Below the pieces are notes generated by a model that was given only the letters and a program-made list of their open reading frames with translations, was not told where the DNA came from and made no database searches. The position numbers and the translations under genes are program-made. Positions 1 through 10,466 of a stretch of 64,000 nt of DNA are shown here, piece by piece (position 1 is the stretch's first letter; the number at the start of each line of letters is the position of its first letter). The stretch lies in the NCBI GenBank assembly GCA_944381965.1, contig CALWMO010000001.1, positions 5,442 to 69,441 on the forward strand, given 5' to 3'. This DNA comes from an uncultured Butyricicoccus sp. Lineage in GTDB: Bacteria; Bacillota; Clostridia; Oscillospirales; Butyricicoccaceae.

Positions 1-1206
1 ATGCCTGCAACTGCTATTACCACTATCACAGCTGATAATGTTCAGTACTATCTAGGTCTGAAAACAATGGACGGTATTGAAGAAGCTATTGCTAGTGAGC
101 CTATGATAAGCTCTGCTGCACATTCTGTATGTCTTGTGCGTGTTAAAGATGGTACAGATGTAACTAAAATGATGAACGATATCAAGGAAAATGTAAATCC
201 TCAAAAATGGATTTGTGTAGGTGTTGACCCTAAAAATGTTATGGTTGCAAACCAAGGAAACTTAATTTTACTTGTTATGGACGATACTGCCCCTCAAGGT
301 TTGATTGATAGCTTTAATGCTCTTGAGCTTGGTGGTGACACCGAAGAAAAACCAGAAGAAAAGCCAGAGGAAGATAAGCCTGTTGTTACTGCTGACGGTT
401 TAATTCAGTACAATGATTTCTATATGGATTCTATGGGAACTATTAATACACAATATGTAACCAATTTTGCAAGTAAAATTGAAAGTGTTTCTAATGAGTA
501 TTTAAAAGATGCAGCTAATGTATACTATGCTGTAATTCCTAGCAAACAGTATTTCATAAATGATAAAGTTGAAACTCCTTTTGATTACACATCTATGATG
601 AATATTATTCGCTCTGGTATAAAATCTGCTAAGGAAATTGATTTAACCGGTACTCTTGAGCTTGAGGATTATTTAAAAACTGACCCTCACTGGAAACAAG
701 AAGGTTTACAGGAAGTTTTAAATACACTTGGCAAAACAATGGACTTTACCGTTGACCTATCTACTTATACCAAGAACTCATTTGAGAATTTCACAGGTCA
801 GCACGGTTATAAGAAAGAAAATTTTGCTAGTGAAACTTTAACCTATTTAACTAATGATGCTATAAATAACGCTGTTGTCGATAACTTCGCAGATAAAACT
901 TTTACTAAGGTTTATAACACCGCTAAGTTGGAAACCGATACTCCTTATGATATGTTTTTATCTGGCCCTACTCCTCTGACTACAATAACAAATGAGTCTG
1001 CTAAAACTGATAAAGAACTTGTAATGTTTAGAGACTCTTATGCTTGCAGCCTTGCCCCTCTTTTAATTGAAAACTATAAAACAATAACTCTTGTAGACCT
1101 ACGTTATATGGCAAGCTCTTTACTACCTCAGTATGTTGATTTTACCGGTAAAGATGTACTATTTATGTATAACGACCAAATCATCAATACTGTTGTTTTA
1201 AAATAA
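1..1206 (+). CDS. DHHW-family (AlgJ/AlgX-like SGNH) protein fused to an N-terminal extracytoplasmic domain; probably 5'-partial
   Basis: LKTDPHW (DHHW variant), FRDSYA and DLRY motifs; acidic EEKP linker; ORF starts at window edge. Confidence 0.65.
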   Translation: MPATAITTITADNVQYYLGLKTMDGIEEAIASEPMISSAAHSVCLVRVKDGTDVTKMMNDIKENVNPQKWICVGVDPKNVMVANQGNLILLVMDDTAPQGLIDSFNALELGGDTEEKPEEKPEEDKPVVTADGLIQYNDFYMDSMGTINTQYVTNFASKIESVSNEYLKDAANVYYAVIPSKQYFINDKVETPFDYTSMMNIIRSGIKSAKEIDLTGTLELEDYLKTDPHWKQEGLQEVLNTLGKTMDFTVDLSTYTKNSFENFTGQHGYKKENFASETLTYLTNDAINNAVVDNFADKTFTKVYNTAKLETDTPYDMFLSGPTPLTTITNESAKTDKELVMFRDSYACSLAPLLIENYKTITLVDLRYMASSLLPQYVDFTGKDVLFMYNDQIINTVVLK

Positions 1207-1216
1207 TATTACCCTT

Positions 1217-1260
1217 ATTCCCTTGGAAATATCTCCCTATTATTTCCGAGGGAATTTTTT
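1217..1260 (+). terminator. Intrinsic terminator
   Basis: ATTCCCTTGGAAATA / TATTTCCGAGGGAAT stem followed by T-run. Confidence 0.7.
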
Positions 1261-1315
1261 CTTTTTTATGATATAATATTTTTGGTTATACTAATTTTAA
1301 AAAAGGAGATTTATT

Positions 1316-3106
1316 ATGGCAAAATTAAGAAATGAAATACAGTCAGAATTCACTTGGAATTTAGCTGATTTATTCGCTAGTGATAATGCTTGGGAAAATA
1401 AACTCAACGAAACCAAAGAATATATAAATAAAATAACTGCTTACTCTGGTCATCTGTCAGATGATGCTAAAACACTTTTGGAGTTTTTAAAACTTCAAGA
1501 TGAGCTTTCTGTTAATATGGATAAGCTCGGAAATTATGCTTATCGTAAATCAGATGAGGATACCAGAAACTCTTTCTATCAGCAAATGAAAAGCAAATAC
1601 TCTGCTCTTGCTGTTGAAATCAATCACGCTTGTGCATTTGAAATTCCAGAACTTCTTTCTATTGATGAAGAAAAACTTCAAAGTTTTTATAAAGAGCTTA
1701 ATGAGCTTGAACATTATCGTCTAATGCTTGATAGAATCAGACGTCAAAAAGACCATATTCTTTCCAAAGAATGTGAGGAAATTTTAGCTGCTACCGGTAT
1801 GCTAAGACAAGCTCCTGATGAAATCTTTTCTATGCTAAATGATGCAGATATGACATTTAATGATGCTATTGACTCAGATGGTAATAAACACTCTGTAACC
1901 CATGGCAGTTTTGTTCCTCTGCTACAAAGCCCAGATAGGAAACTTCGCAAATCTGCTTTTCAATCTCTCTATGGAGAATACAGAAAATTTAGAAATACCT
2001 CTGCTGCTATTTTAAATAGTCAAATGCAGTCACTCAAATTTATGGCCGATATGAGAAAATATAATTCTCCTCTTGAGGCCTCTTTAGATGATACCGAAGT
2101 TCCTACTTCTATTTATCATAATTTAATCAAAACCGTTCATCAAAATCTATCAAGTATGCATGACTATGTAGCACTTAGAAAAAAACTGCTAGGTTTAGAT
2201 GAGCTGCATTTTTATGATATGTATACACCAATTATTCCAGATGAGGATTTTAAAATCCCATATGATGAGGCAAAAAATATAACTCTTGAAGCTCTAAAAC
2301 CTCTTGGTGATGATTATATTTCCATGCTTAAAGAAGGGTTTAACAACAGATGGATTGACGTTTATGAAAACACAGGCAAACGCTCTGGTGCTTATTCTGC
2401 TGGTGCTTATGGTGTTCACCCTTATGTGCTTTTAAACTATACTGATACACTTGATGATGTGTTTACTCTTGTGCATGAAATGGGTCATGCATTACACTCA
2501 TATTTATCCAATAAAAATCAGTCTTCAACTTATGCAAGTTATGTTATCTTTGTAGCTGAGGTTGCCTCCACATGTAATGAGGCATTATTAATGCAATATC
2601 TATTAAGCAAGACATCTGATAACAAAAAACGTGCATATTTAATAAACCATTTTCTAGAACAATTTAGAGGTACTCTTTATCGTCAAACAATGTTTGCTGA
2701 ATTTGAGCTTTGGTGCAGTGAACGGGTTAAAAACGGTGATGCTTTAACGGCTGATGCATTAGATGAAAAATATGCTGCTCTAAACAAGCAATATTATGGC
2801 GAAGAAATTCATCTTGATAGCGAAATCGCTTTAGAATGGGCTAGAATACCTCATTTCTACTATGATTTTTATGTATATCAATATGCTACTGGGTTCTCGG
2901 CTGCTATTGCTCTATCTCAAAGGATATTAAAAGAAGGTAAACCAGCTGTTGATGATTATTTAAAATTCCTGTCTGGCGGTTGCTCAAGTGACCCTGTTTC
3001 ACTTCTTAAAATAGCTGGTATAGATATGAATTCTCCAGAACCAATAGACAATGCTCTCAAGCTTTTTAAATCTTTAACCGATGAACTAAATACTCTTTGC
3101 AAGTAA
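1316..3106 (+). CDS. pepF: Oligoendopeptidase F (M3B)
   Basis: HEMGH zinc motif, GKRSGAYS, WARIPHFY, 596 aa, AGGAG RBS. Confidence 0.95.
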   Translation: MAKLRNEIQSEFTWNLADLFASDNAWENKLNETKEYINKITAYSGHLSDDAKTLLEFLKLQDELSVNMDKLGNYAYRKSDEDTRNSFYQQMKSKYSALAVEINHACAFEIPELLSIDEEKLQSFYKELNELEHYRLMLDRIRRQKDHILSKECEEILAATGMLRQAPDEIFSMLNDADMTFNDAIDSDGNKHSVTHGSFVPLLQSPDRKLRKSAFQSLYGEYRKFRNTSAAILNSQMQSLKFMADMRKYNSPLEASLDDTEVPTSIYHNLIKTVHQNLSSMHDYVALRKKLLGLDELHFYDMYTPIIPDEDFKIPYDEAKNITLEALKPLGDDYISMLKEGFNNRWIDVYENTGKRSGAYSAGAYGVHPYVLLNYTDTLDDVFTLVHEMGHALHSYLSNKNQSSTYASYVIFVAEVASTCNEALLMQYLLSKTSDNKKRAYLINHFLEQFRGTLYRQTMFAEFELWCSERVKNGDALTADALDEKYAALNKQYYGEEIHLDSEIALEWARIPHFYYDFYVYQYATGFSAAIALSQRILKEGKPAVDDYLKFLSGGCSSDPVSLLKIAGIDMNSPEPIDNALKLFKSLTDELNTLCK

Positions 3107-3122
3107 TGTTTCACATGAAACA
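3107..3122. promoter_or_regulatory. parS site 1 (ParB loading site)
   Basis: TGTTTCACATGAAACA directly after the pepF stop. Confidence 0.9.
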
Positions 3123-3128
3123 ATTAAA

Positions 3129-3160
3129 CCGCACTCATACTTTTTGAGTGCGGCTTTTTT
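3129..3160. terminator. Terminator between convergent genes
   Basis: CCGCACTCA / TGAGTGCGG stem plus T-run. Confidence 0.8.
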
Positions 3161-3686
3161 ACACATTCCAAATAATAACTATCGATATTATAGAAATTAG
3201 TAACATTAAAAATGCAACTATACTTGTCAATATAAGTGGGTGTTCCATTATATGAAATTTGCTTCTATATTCCTCGTATTCTTCTTCCCGTTTTATCTCA
3301 TCTAACCATTCTGGTGTGCCATCTGGCAATAAATCATCATCTTGATTTTGCACAGGCTCATTAACACCCTGTGGTGTATTCCAAATCTCTTCTATCGCTT
3401 CAGGATTTAACCATTCTTCATTTTCTTGTTTATCATTATAAGAATTATTTGTTTTAATATTAGAATATTTATTTACATTCGGCTTATTTTCAGTTTCTAA
3501 AATAAAATCATTAAATAATTCATTTACAGATTTTTCTTCTTTTATTTCATCTATAAGTCTATTTATTTTTTCTGTTTCACTTTCGTATGACATGTCATTA
3601 TCCCTTTGTTTTAGTGATGCACCACATACACTACAAACCTCAGCATTATCATCATACATTCTTGCTCCGCATTTCATGCAAAACAT
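3159..3686 (-). CDS. Zinc-ribbon protein with C-terminal membrane anchor
   Basis: MFCMKCG...CSVCG, acidic middle, C-terminal hydrophobic helix, AGGAG RBS. Confidence 0.75.
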   Translation of the reverse strand: MFCMKCGARMYDDNAEVCSVCGASLKQRDNDMSYESETEKINRLIDEIKEEKSVNELFNDFILETENKPNVNKYSNIKTNNSYNDKQENEEWLNPEAIEEIWNTPQGVNEPVQNQDDDLLPDGTPEWLDEIKREEEYEEYRSKFHIMEHPLILTSIVAFLMLLISIISIVIIWNV

Positions 3687-3821
3687 TTATCTATTACTCC
3701 TTTGATAATCTTTAATTTTCCATACTATAACAGTATAACACACAATTAATATTTTCAATAGTATGGTTTTGAATATAATTATTTTTTGTCATTTTGCTAA
3801 CACAAATACTTTTTAACTTTA

Positions 3822-3850
3822 GTATATTATGTAAAATATCGCACAAAATA
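3822..3850 (+). promoter_or_regulatory. Putative sigma-G promoter of spoVAD-spoVAE
   Basis: GTATA-N17-CAAAATA resembles the forespore sigma-G consensus; spoVA is sigma-G dependent in Bacillus and Clostridium. Confidence 0.5.
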
Positions 3851-3882
3851 AATATGTAAGTATTAAAAGGAGTGATAATATA

Positions 3883-4896
3883 ATGGCAAGACGTATAGGT
3901 AAATACACTATTGCTTTTGATAATTTGCCAGAAATATGCGGCTATGCTGCTGTTGTAGGAAAAAAGGAAGGTAATGGCCCTTTAAAAGGATGTTTTGATG
4001 TAATAAAACAGGATTCAAAATGCAATCAAAAAAGCTGGGAGCTTGCTGAAAGTAAAATGCAACAAACAGCTATAAATACCGCTATGCAAAAAGCAGGATA
4101 TAAATTTTCTGATATAGATATAATTATAGCTGGTGATTTATTAAATCAATGTGTAGGCTCTACATTCGCATGCTTAAACTCCAATACTCCATTTTTAGGT
4201 CTATATGGTGCTTGTTCTACTATGGCTGAAAGTCTGTTAACCGGTGCATGTTTAATAGACTCAGGCAGTGCAAATAAAGTAATTGCTGCTGCATCTTCTC
4301 ATTTTTGTTCTGCTGAACGTCAATATAGATTTCCTTTAGCTTATGGTGGACAGCGTCCCCCTACTGCTCAATGGACTGCTACGGCTGCTGGTGCTGCTGT
4401 GCTGGAAAAGTCGAATAATAGTAAATTTTGTATAACTCATGCGATTATAGGAAAAATGGTAGAAATGGGTATTAAAGATGCTAATAATATGGGTGCAGCT
4501 ATGGCTCCTGCCGCTTTTGATACCATTTATAATCTCTTTATTGATACAAACACCAAACCTCACGATTATGATATTATCGTAACCGGTGATTTGGGTGATT
4601 TAGGGGCAAGTCTACTTGTAAACTTATTTAATGAAAACAAAATAGATATAACCAGAGTATATAGCGATTGTGGCTCTATGCTTTATGGTGATAATCAAGA
4701 TGTTCATTCTGGTGGCTCTGGCTGTGGTTGCTCTGCCGCTGTGCTTTGTGGTCATCTGCTAGATGAAATGTTAAATAAAAACCTTAAAAAACTTATATTC
4801 GCTGGTACTGGTGCTCTTATGAGTCCTACATCTATTCAACAAGGTCAGCCTATTGTTGGTATATGCCATGCTGTTGTAATCGAGCGAAAGGAGTAA
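3883..4896 (+). CDS. spoVAD: Stage V sporulation protein AD
   Basis: GKKEGNGPL, GDLLNQ, GACST, GGSGCGCSA, GALMSPTS motifs. Confidence 0.95.
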   Translation: MARRIGKYTIAFDNLPEICGYAAVVGKKEGNGPLKGCFDVIKQDSKCNQKSWELAESKMQQTAINTAMQKAGYKFSDIDIIIAGDLLNQCVGSTFACLNSNTPFLGLYGACSTMAESLLTGACLIDSGSANKVIAAASSHFCSAERQYRFPLAYGGQRPPTAQWTATAAGAAVLEKSNNSKFCITHAIIGKMVEMGIKDANNMGAAMAPAAFDTIYNLFIDTNTKPHDYDIIVTGDLGDLGASLLVNLFNENKIDITRVYSDCGSMLYGDNQDVHSGGSGCGCSAAVLCGHLLDEMLNKNLKKLIFAGTGALMSPTSIQQGQPIVGICHAVVIERKE

Positions 4897-4901
4897 TTTT
4901 A

Positions 4902-5264
4902 ATGCAATATATATCTGCGTTTTTGACTGGTGGCTTAATATGTGCCTTATCTCAAATATTAATTGACAGAACAAAACTTACTCCCGCTAGAATACTTGTA
5001 AGTTATGTTGTACTTGGTGTTATTTTAACCGCACTTGGTATATATCAGCCTATTGTTGATTTTGGTGGTGCTGGTGCTACCGTTCCCCTTCTTGGTTTTG
5101 GATATTCTCTTGCTAAAGGTGTTGCTAAAGGCGTTGCTGAATCTGGTCTTTTAGGTGCTTTTACTGGTGGTATTACTGGTGCTGCTGGTGGTATAGCTGC
5201 CGCTATTATTTTCGGTTGTCTGTTTGCTCTTATTTGTAAACCAGAAGATAAATCTGGCGATTAA
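4902..5264 (+). CDS. spoVAE: Stage V sporulation protein AE (SpoVAC/SpoVAEb family)
   Basis: AFLTGGLIC, LTPARILV, GAGATVPLLGFG; start moved to ATG 4902 after AGGAG. Confidence 0.9.
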   Translation: MQYISAFLTGGLICALSQILIDRTKLTPARILVSYVVLGVILTALGIYQPIVDFGGAGATVPLLGFGYSLAKGVAKGVAESGLLGAFTGGITGAAGGIAAAIIFGCLFALICKPEDKSGD

Positions 5265-5304
5265 AAAATCCGTCTATGTTTCACATGAAACATAGACGGA
5301 TTTT
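5265..5304. terminator. Bidirectional terminator containing parS site 2 (5277-5292)
   Basis: Perfect 19-bp arms AAAATCCGTCTATGTTTCA / TGAAACATAGACGGATTTT between convergent spoVAE and ptsI. Confidence 0.85.
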
Positions 5305-5324
5305 AATTTACATAGCTTTAACTA

Positions 5325-7022
5325 TTATCCAAAAGTGGTTTCATTCTGAGTTGCAGATGAACCGCCAAGTAAGCTTTCAGCAAGCTTTACACACTCTTCA
5401 TAAGTATGGTGTGCAAGGTCAGACTTAGCTGCAAGAATTGAAGATGCAGACATAGATAAGTTTGTTACACCTAGACCACATAGAACACTTGCCATACCAC
5501 GAGAACCTGCCATCTCACCACACACGCCACACTCAATGCCTTCTGCCTTTGCAGCATCTGCCGCCATCTTGATAAGACGAAGTACGCCTGGGTGTAATGG
5601 ACGATATAGAGAAGAAATCTTATCGTTAATACGGTCAACAGCACAAGAATACTGAATTAAGTCATTAGTACCGATTGAGAAGAAGTCAACTTCCTTAGCC
5701 AGAATATCTGCACATACAGCTGCTACTGGAATTTCAATCATAATACCAATCTTGATATTGTCATTATAAGCAATACCCTCTGCTTTTAACTGCTCCTTAG
5801 CATTCTGAACCATCTTCTTCGCACTTAAAACTTCTTCAAGAGAAGAAATCATTGGGAACATAATACGAACATCACCAAATGCAGATGCACGAAGTAATGC
5901 ACGAAGCTGAGTTGTAAACAGCTCTTCACGGTCAAGACAAATACGGATAGCACGATAACCTAAGAATGGGTTTTGCTCCTTTTCAAGCTCAAGAGCCGGA
6001 ACTTCCTTGTCACCACCGATATCCAGAGTACGGATAATAACAGGGCGGTCAGTCATAATCTCAGCAGCCTTTTTGTAAGCCTCAAACTGCTCATCTTCAC
6101 CTGGAAGGTCAGAACGATCCATAAATAGAAACTCTGAACGGAACAGACCAACACCTTCACCACCAACAGCATCTACACGCTCTGCATCTGCTGGTGTACC
6201 GATATTACCTTCAATAATTACACGATGACCGTCAGAAGTTGCACCCTCTTGAGTACGATATGTTTCAAGCATACGACGTTGCTCATCAAACTTTGCCTTC
6301 TTGCGGTCGAACTCATCTTCTACTTCCTTTTCAGGATTTAGAACGATTTCACCACTGCAACCATCAAGCAGTACATAATCACCATTTTTGATAATGCGAG
6401 CTTGCTCACCAGCACCTGCTGCTGCTGGAAGACCCATAGAACGAGCCATGATTGCAGAGTGGCTTGTTCTGCCACCAATCTCAGTAATAAAGCCCATAAC
6501 TGGCTTTGTACCAACCTTAGCAGTATCTGATGGTGTTAAATCATTTGCAACAATAATACATGGCTCAGTAATGGTATCAATCATATTGTCAGAGATACCC
6601 TTTAGAACCTTTAGTACACGCATAGAAATATCACCAACATCAGCTGCACGAGCCTGCATATACTCACTGTCCATTGCTTTAAACATTGCTTGGAAGTTCT
6701 CACAGTTTACCTTACAAGCGTACTCAGCACAAACCTTTTCATCTTCGATGATATTTTTCATACCTTCGATAAAGTCTTCATCTTCAATCATCATAAGATG
6801 AGCTTCAAAGATTTCAGCATCATCGCCCAAAGCATCTCCAGCTTCTTCCATAATAGCTTCAATCTGAGCTTTTGCAGTGCTGATAGCATCATCAACACGA
6901 GCCTGCTCTGCTGCAATATCAGTAACTGATTGCTTAGTAACAGTTAAATCTGGCTCAGCTAATACAAATGCTTTTGCTTTTACTAAACCTTCTGATACAC
7001 CTAATGCCTGAATTGTCAACAA
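5325..7022 (-). CDS. ptsI: PTS enzyme I
   Basis: GGRTSHSAI phospho-His motif, GLFRSEF, RTLDIGGDK, SIGTNDL; TTG start. Confidence 0.95.
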   Translation of the reverse strand: MLTIQALGVSEGLVKAKAFVLAEPDLTVTKQSVTDIAAEQARVDDAISTAKAQIEAIMEEAGDALGDDAEIFEAHLMMIEDEDFIEGMKNIIEDEKVCAEYACKVNCENFQAMFKAMDSEYMQARAADVGDISMRVLKVLKGISDNMIDTITEPCIIVANDLTPSDTAKVGTKPVMGFITEIGGRTSHSAIMARSMGLPAAAGAGEQARIIKNGDYVLLDGCSGEIVLNPEKEVEDEFDRKKAKFDEQRRMLETYRTQEGATSDGHRVIIEGNIGTPADAERVDAVGGEGVGLFRSEFLFMDRSDLPGEDEQFEAYKKAAEIMTDRPVIIRTLDIGGDKEVPALELEKEQNPFLGYRAIRICLDREELFTTQLRALLRASAFGDVRIMFPMISSLEEVLSAKKMVQNAKEQLKAEGIAYNDNIKIGIMIEIPVAAVCADILAKEVDFFSIGTNDLIQYSCAVDRINDKISSLYRPLHPGVLRLIKMAADAAKAEGIECGVCGEMAGSRGMASVLCGLGVTNLSMSASSILAAKSDLAHHTYEECVKLAESLLGGSSATQNETTFG

Positions 7023-7282
7023 TTTGCCTTCATCCTTCCTCTTACTTCATACCTATTAAATAGGACATAGGGTTAAATTATAGTATTCTCCTTATTTCAT
7101 TGGCATTTAAAGCCAAAGAAATTCCTCTTGATATTATTTTGTACATTAACCGCTCGTTTGTCAAGTACATAGTAATATTTTTCTAATACTCATCCACCAA
7201 ATAAACATAAATTATTTCAATATGTTCATTATATGGCAAATTATATGATATATCTTTTAATATCTCAGATTTTACGATTTAT

Positions 7283-8656
7283 TCAAGATTTATAGAATGC
7301 ACCCATACCTAAATATGCACTATATAAATCGATTTTAGAGATAACTTCAAATGGTGCATGCATTGAAAGCACTGGAACACCTGCATCAATGGTATCAATG
7401 TTACGGTTTGCAAGATACATTGCAACTGTACCGCCACCGCCTTGGTCTACTCTGCCAAGCTGTGCAGTCTGCCATGGCACTCCTGCACATTCCATAATAT
7501 TGCGAACGGTTGCCATAACTTCTGCTGAAGCATCACTTGTACCAGACTTACCTCTTGCACCACTATACTTCATAAGTGCAAATCCACAATTAAGTCTTGC
7601 ATCATTTCTTGGCTCAGATACATCTGCATAGTTAGGGTCATACGCGTTACATACATCAGTTGACAGACAAATGCTGTTTTCATAACATTCACCTGTTAAA
7701 CCACCGCATAAATCCTCCATAAGTGCATCGAAGAATTTGCTCTGCATACCAGTTACACCCTCAGAGCCGATTTCTTCCTTATCAACAAGCAGACATACAG
7801 ATGTATAGTCTGGAGTTTCATTTAAATCCATAAGTGCGGTTGCTGCTGGATAAGAGCAAACTCTATCATCATGGCCATAAGCACCAACCATAGAACGGTC
7901 AAAACCAACATCACATGCATTAAATGCTGGTACGCATGAAAGCTCTGCGGATAGAAAATCTATTTCTCTCATACCATACTTTTCATTTAGATGCTTGATA
8001 ACTGCAAGCTTAATCTTATCCTTACAATCCTTTTCATCATCTGATGGTTTAGATGCAATTAGAATGTTCATACCCTCTGCCTTAATACCATCAACCATTT
8101 TTTGCTGCATTTGCTTGCTTGCAAGATGTGGCAGTAAGTCAGTGATAACAAACTTAGGGTCATTCTCATTTGCACCAATATTAATCTCAACAGTCTGGGT
8201 TTTACCATCTTTACATACACATACAACGCCACGAAGTTCTAATGGAATTGCAAGCCACTGATATTTTTTAATACCACCATAATAATGTGTTTTGAAAAAT
8301 GCCATTCCATCTTGCTCATATAGTGGCACTGTACGAATATCAATTCTTGGTGCATCAAGATGAGCTGCTGTTAAACGAATACCGTCTTTAATAGGTTTAT
8401 TACCGATTACAGCAAGTGCAATAGCCTTATTGCGGTTTACTTTATATATTCTATCACCTGCTTTAAGCTCCATTCCACGCTCGTAAGCTTTAAAACCAGC
8501 TTTATCAGCCATTTTTAAAATAGCCTTAACTGCATCACGTTCGGTTTTACCCTCATCTAAAAACTTTTTATAGCCTTCTGCATATTCATTTGATGCTTTT
8601 TCATCGATTCTATCAAAAGCTGGCTTTCTGTCATAAAATAGTTCTTCTGAAGTCAT
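7283..8656 (-). CDS. M18-family aminopeptidase
   Basis: AHLDAPR, YYGGIKKYQW, GHDDRVC, DKEEIGS, SMHAP. Confidence 0.9.
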   Translation of the reverse strand: MTSEELFYDRKPAFDRIDEKASNEYAEGYKKFLDEGKTERDAVKAILKMADKAGFKAYERGMELKAGDRIYKVNRNKAIALAVIGNKPIKDGIRLTAAHLDAPRIDIRTVPLYEQDGMAFFKTHYYGGIKKYQWLAIPLELRGVVCVCKDGKTQTVEINIGANENDPKFVITDLLPHLASKQMQQKMVDGIKAEGMNILIASKPSDDEKDCKDKIKLAVIKHLNEKYGMREIDFLSAELSCVPAFNACDVGFDRSMVGAYGHDDRVCSYPAATALMDLNETPDYTSVCLLVDKEEIGSEGVTGMQSKFFDALMEDLCGGLTGECYENSICLSTDVCNAYDPNYADVSEPRNDARLNCGFALMKYSGARGKSGTSDASAEVMATVRNIMECAGVPWQTAQLGRVDQGGGGTVAMYLANRNIDTIDAGVPVLSMHAPFEVISKIDLYSAYLGMGAFYKS

Positions 8657-8686
8657 AATTATCCTTCTCCTTTAAATATAAATTTT

Positions 8687-9277
8687 TTATTTAACAAGCT
8701 TTTTCCATAGCTGTTTAACTTGGTTTTGAAGTGTTTCATGTGAAACATTATTTTCAATTATATACTGACATCTGTCATAATAAAACTTATTATCAGGCTG
8801 TGCATCTATTCTAGCTTTAGCTGCATTCTCAGATATATTATCACGCTTTATTATTCTTTCTATTCGTATATTTCTATCAGCAATTATGCCAATTACACCA
8901 TCACACATAGCGTCTGTCCCAGTTTGAAATAATGTTGGTGCATCATAAATTGCTATTTTTATGCCTTTGTCTTTCAAAACTTTGAATCTTTCATCACTTG
9001 CTTTTTTTATATATAAAATGGTTATTTCATTTAATTTTTTTAGTTTATTGTTATCTGAAAAAACTATATTTGCAAGTTTTGCTCTATCTAGCTTTTTATC
9101 TATCGTTAAAATATCACCAAATTCATTTTCAAGCTCTGAAAGCATATCTAAATTTTCATCACAAAGCTTTCTATAAATAGCATCTGCGTCAACTATACCT
9201 GCACCAAGTTTTTGAAATTCTGCCGCAACTACACTTTTACCCGCACCAGAGCCGCCTGTAAGTCCTATAATTTTCAT
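8687..9277 (-). CDS. coaE: Dephospho-CoA kinase
   Basis: IGLTGGSGAGKS, DAD, LDRAKLA, DAPTLF. Confidence 0.92.
   Translation of the reverse strand: MKIIGLTGGSGAGKSVVAAEFQKLGAGIVDADAIYRKLCDENLDMLSELENEFGDILTIDKKLDRAKLANIVFSDNNKLKKLNEITILYIKKASDERFKVLKDKGIKIAIYDAPTLFQTGTDAMCDGVIGIIADRNIRIERIIKRDNISENAAKARIDAQPDNKFYYDRCQYIIENNVSHETLQNQVKQLWKKLVK
8732..8747. promoter_or_regulatory. parS site 3 (inside coaE 3' end)
   Basis: TGTTTCATGTGAAACA, encoding NVSHET. Confidence 0.85.
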
Positions 9278-9281
9278 ATTA

Positions 9282-10310
9282 TCACCCTAAGTCTATAACA
9301 TGAAATCCAGCTGCTTTTTTAAGTCTATTAGCAACTGCAAGTCCTAATCCTTCATCTGATGGGCATTGAGTCCAAATCTCAGTTACATTTGTTTCATCAA
9401 ATGCTCTTAGTGCATCAAATATTCTTTGAGCTTGTGAAATTACATCATCTTTAAAGCCCATTTCAAAACACTCATAATCAGCAAATATATCTATATATTC
9501 TTTAAAACATAAAACACCTGCTGTTTTATTTGCATTTTGTTTTATATACTGAGCAGTTTTATCAGCATCACCACATACAACTGTTACAGGTGCTTTAGGT
9601 GCATAATGTCTATATTTCATTCCAGGTGCAGAAACTCTAACATCATCACCTATTTTTTCTTTTATAGCTCTATCAATTTCAACTTCGCCAATTACCTCTC
9701 TTAACTGCTCAAGAGATATTCCTCCTGGTCTTAAAAGCCTTGGTTTATCACCTGCCAAAGATATTACAGTCGATTCTACACCTACTGTGCAAGCTCCGCC
9801 TTCAAGCACCGCTGGAATTTTACCGTTTAAATCCTCCATAACGTGTTTAGCTGTTGTTGTAGATGGTCTGCCCGATAAATTAGCTGATGGTGCTGCAAGA
9901 GGTACTCCCGCCACCTTAATCAAATTTTGTGCAACCTTATGACTTGGAAAACGTATTCCAACTGTATCAAGTCCTGCACTTACCTCTATTGGTATACATT
10001 CGGCTTTTTTTAATATAATAGTAAGTGGACCTGGCCAAAAAGCATCAGCAAGTTTTTTTGCACTTTCAGGCACAAAGCTTACAAGCTTATCCATTTGTTT
10101 TAAATCTGCTATATGAACTATAAGTGGATTATCTTGCGGTCTGCCTTTAGCAATAAATATTCTCTTTACTGCCTCACCATCTAAAGCATTAGCTGCTAGT
10201 CCATAAACTGTTTCTGTTGGCATACCAACCACTTGACCTTGCAATATATATTCAGCCGCTTTTACATAAGCATCTTTATCTTCATCTGGATTTAATAGCT
10301 GTGTATTCAA
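9282..10310 (-). CDS. tsaC: Threonylcarbamoyl-AMP synthase (Sua5 type)
   Basis: PTETVYGL, KGRPQDNPLIVH, APSANLSG, APGMKYRHYAP. Confidence 0.95.
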   Translation of the reverse strand: MNTQLLNPDEDKDAYVKAAEYILQGQVVGMPTETVYGLAANALDGEAVKRIFIAKGRPQDNPLIVHIADLKQMDKLVSFVPESAKKLADAFWPGPLTIILKKAECIPIEVSAGLDTVGIRFPSHKVAQNLIKVAGVPLAAPSANLSGRPSTTTAKHVMEDLNGKIPAVLEGGACTVGVESTVISLAGDKPRLLRPGGISLEQLREVIGEVEIDRAIKEKIGDDVRVSAPGMKYRHYAPKAPVTVVCGDADKTAQYIKQNANKTAGVLCFKEYIDIFADYECFEMGFKDDVISQAQRIFDALRAFDETNVTEIWTQCPSDEGLGLAVANRLKKAAGFHVIDLG

Positions 10311-10405
10311 GCTTAGCTTTCCTCCTTTACTTATATTTCATTTATTTTTATATTATACAGCCTATTTTACTATAAAGTCAAAGTATTAAATAAGTGTTAT
10401 TTCGC

Positions 10406-10434
10406 TTTACCTATAATAAAAATATAGTTATAAT
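10406..10434 (+). promoter_or_regulatory. Putative sigma-A promoter of the pilus-like operon
   Basis: TTTACC-N17-TATAAT; a divergent TTGACT-N18-TATAAT serves tsaC. Confidence 0.5.
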
Positions 10435-10466
10435 AATTATAAACAATTTAAGGGGTCGGATTCTAA

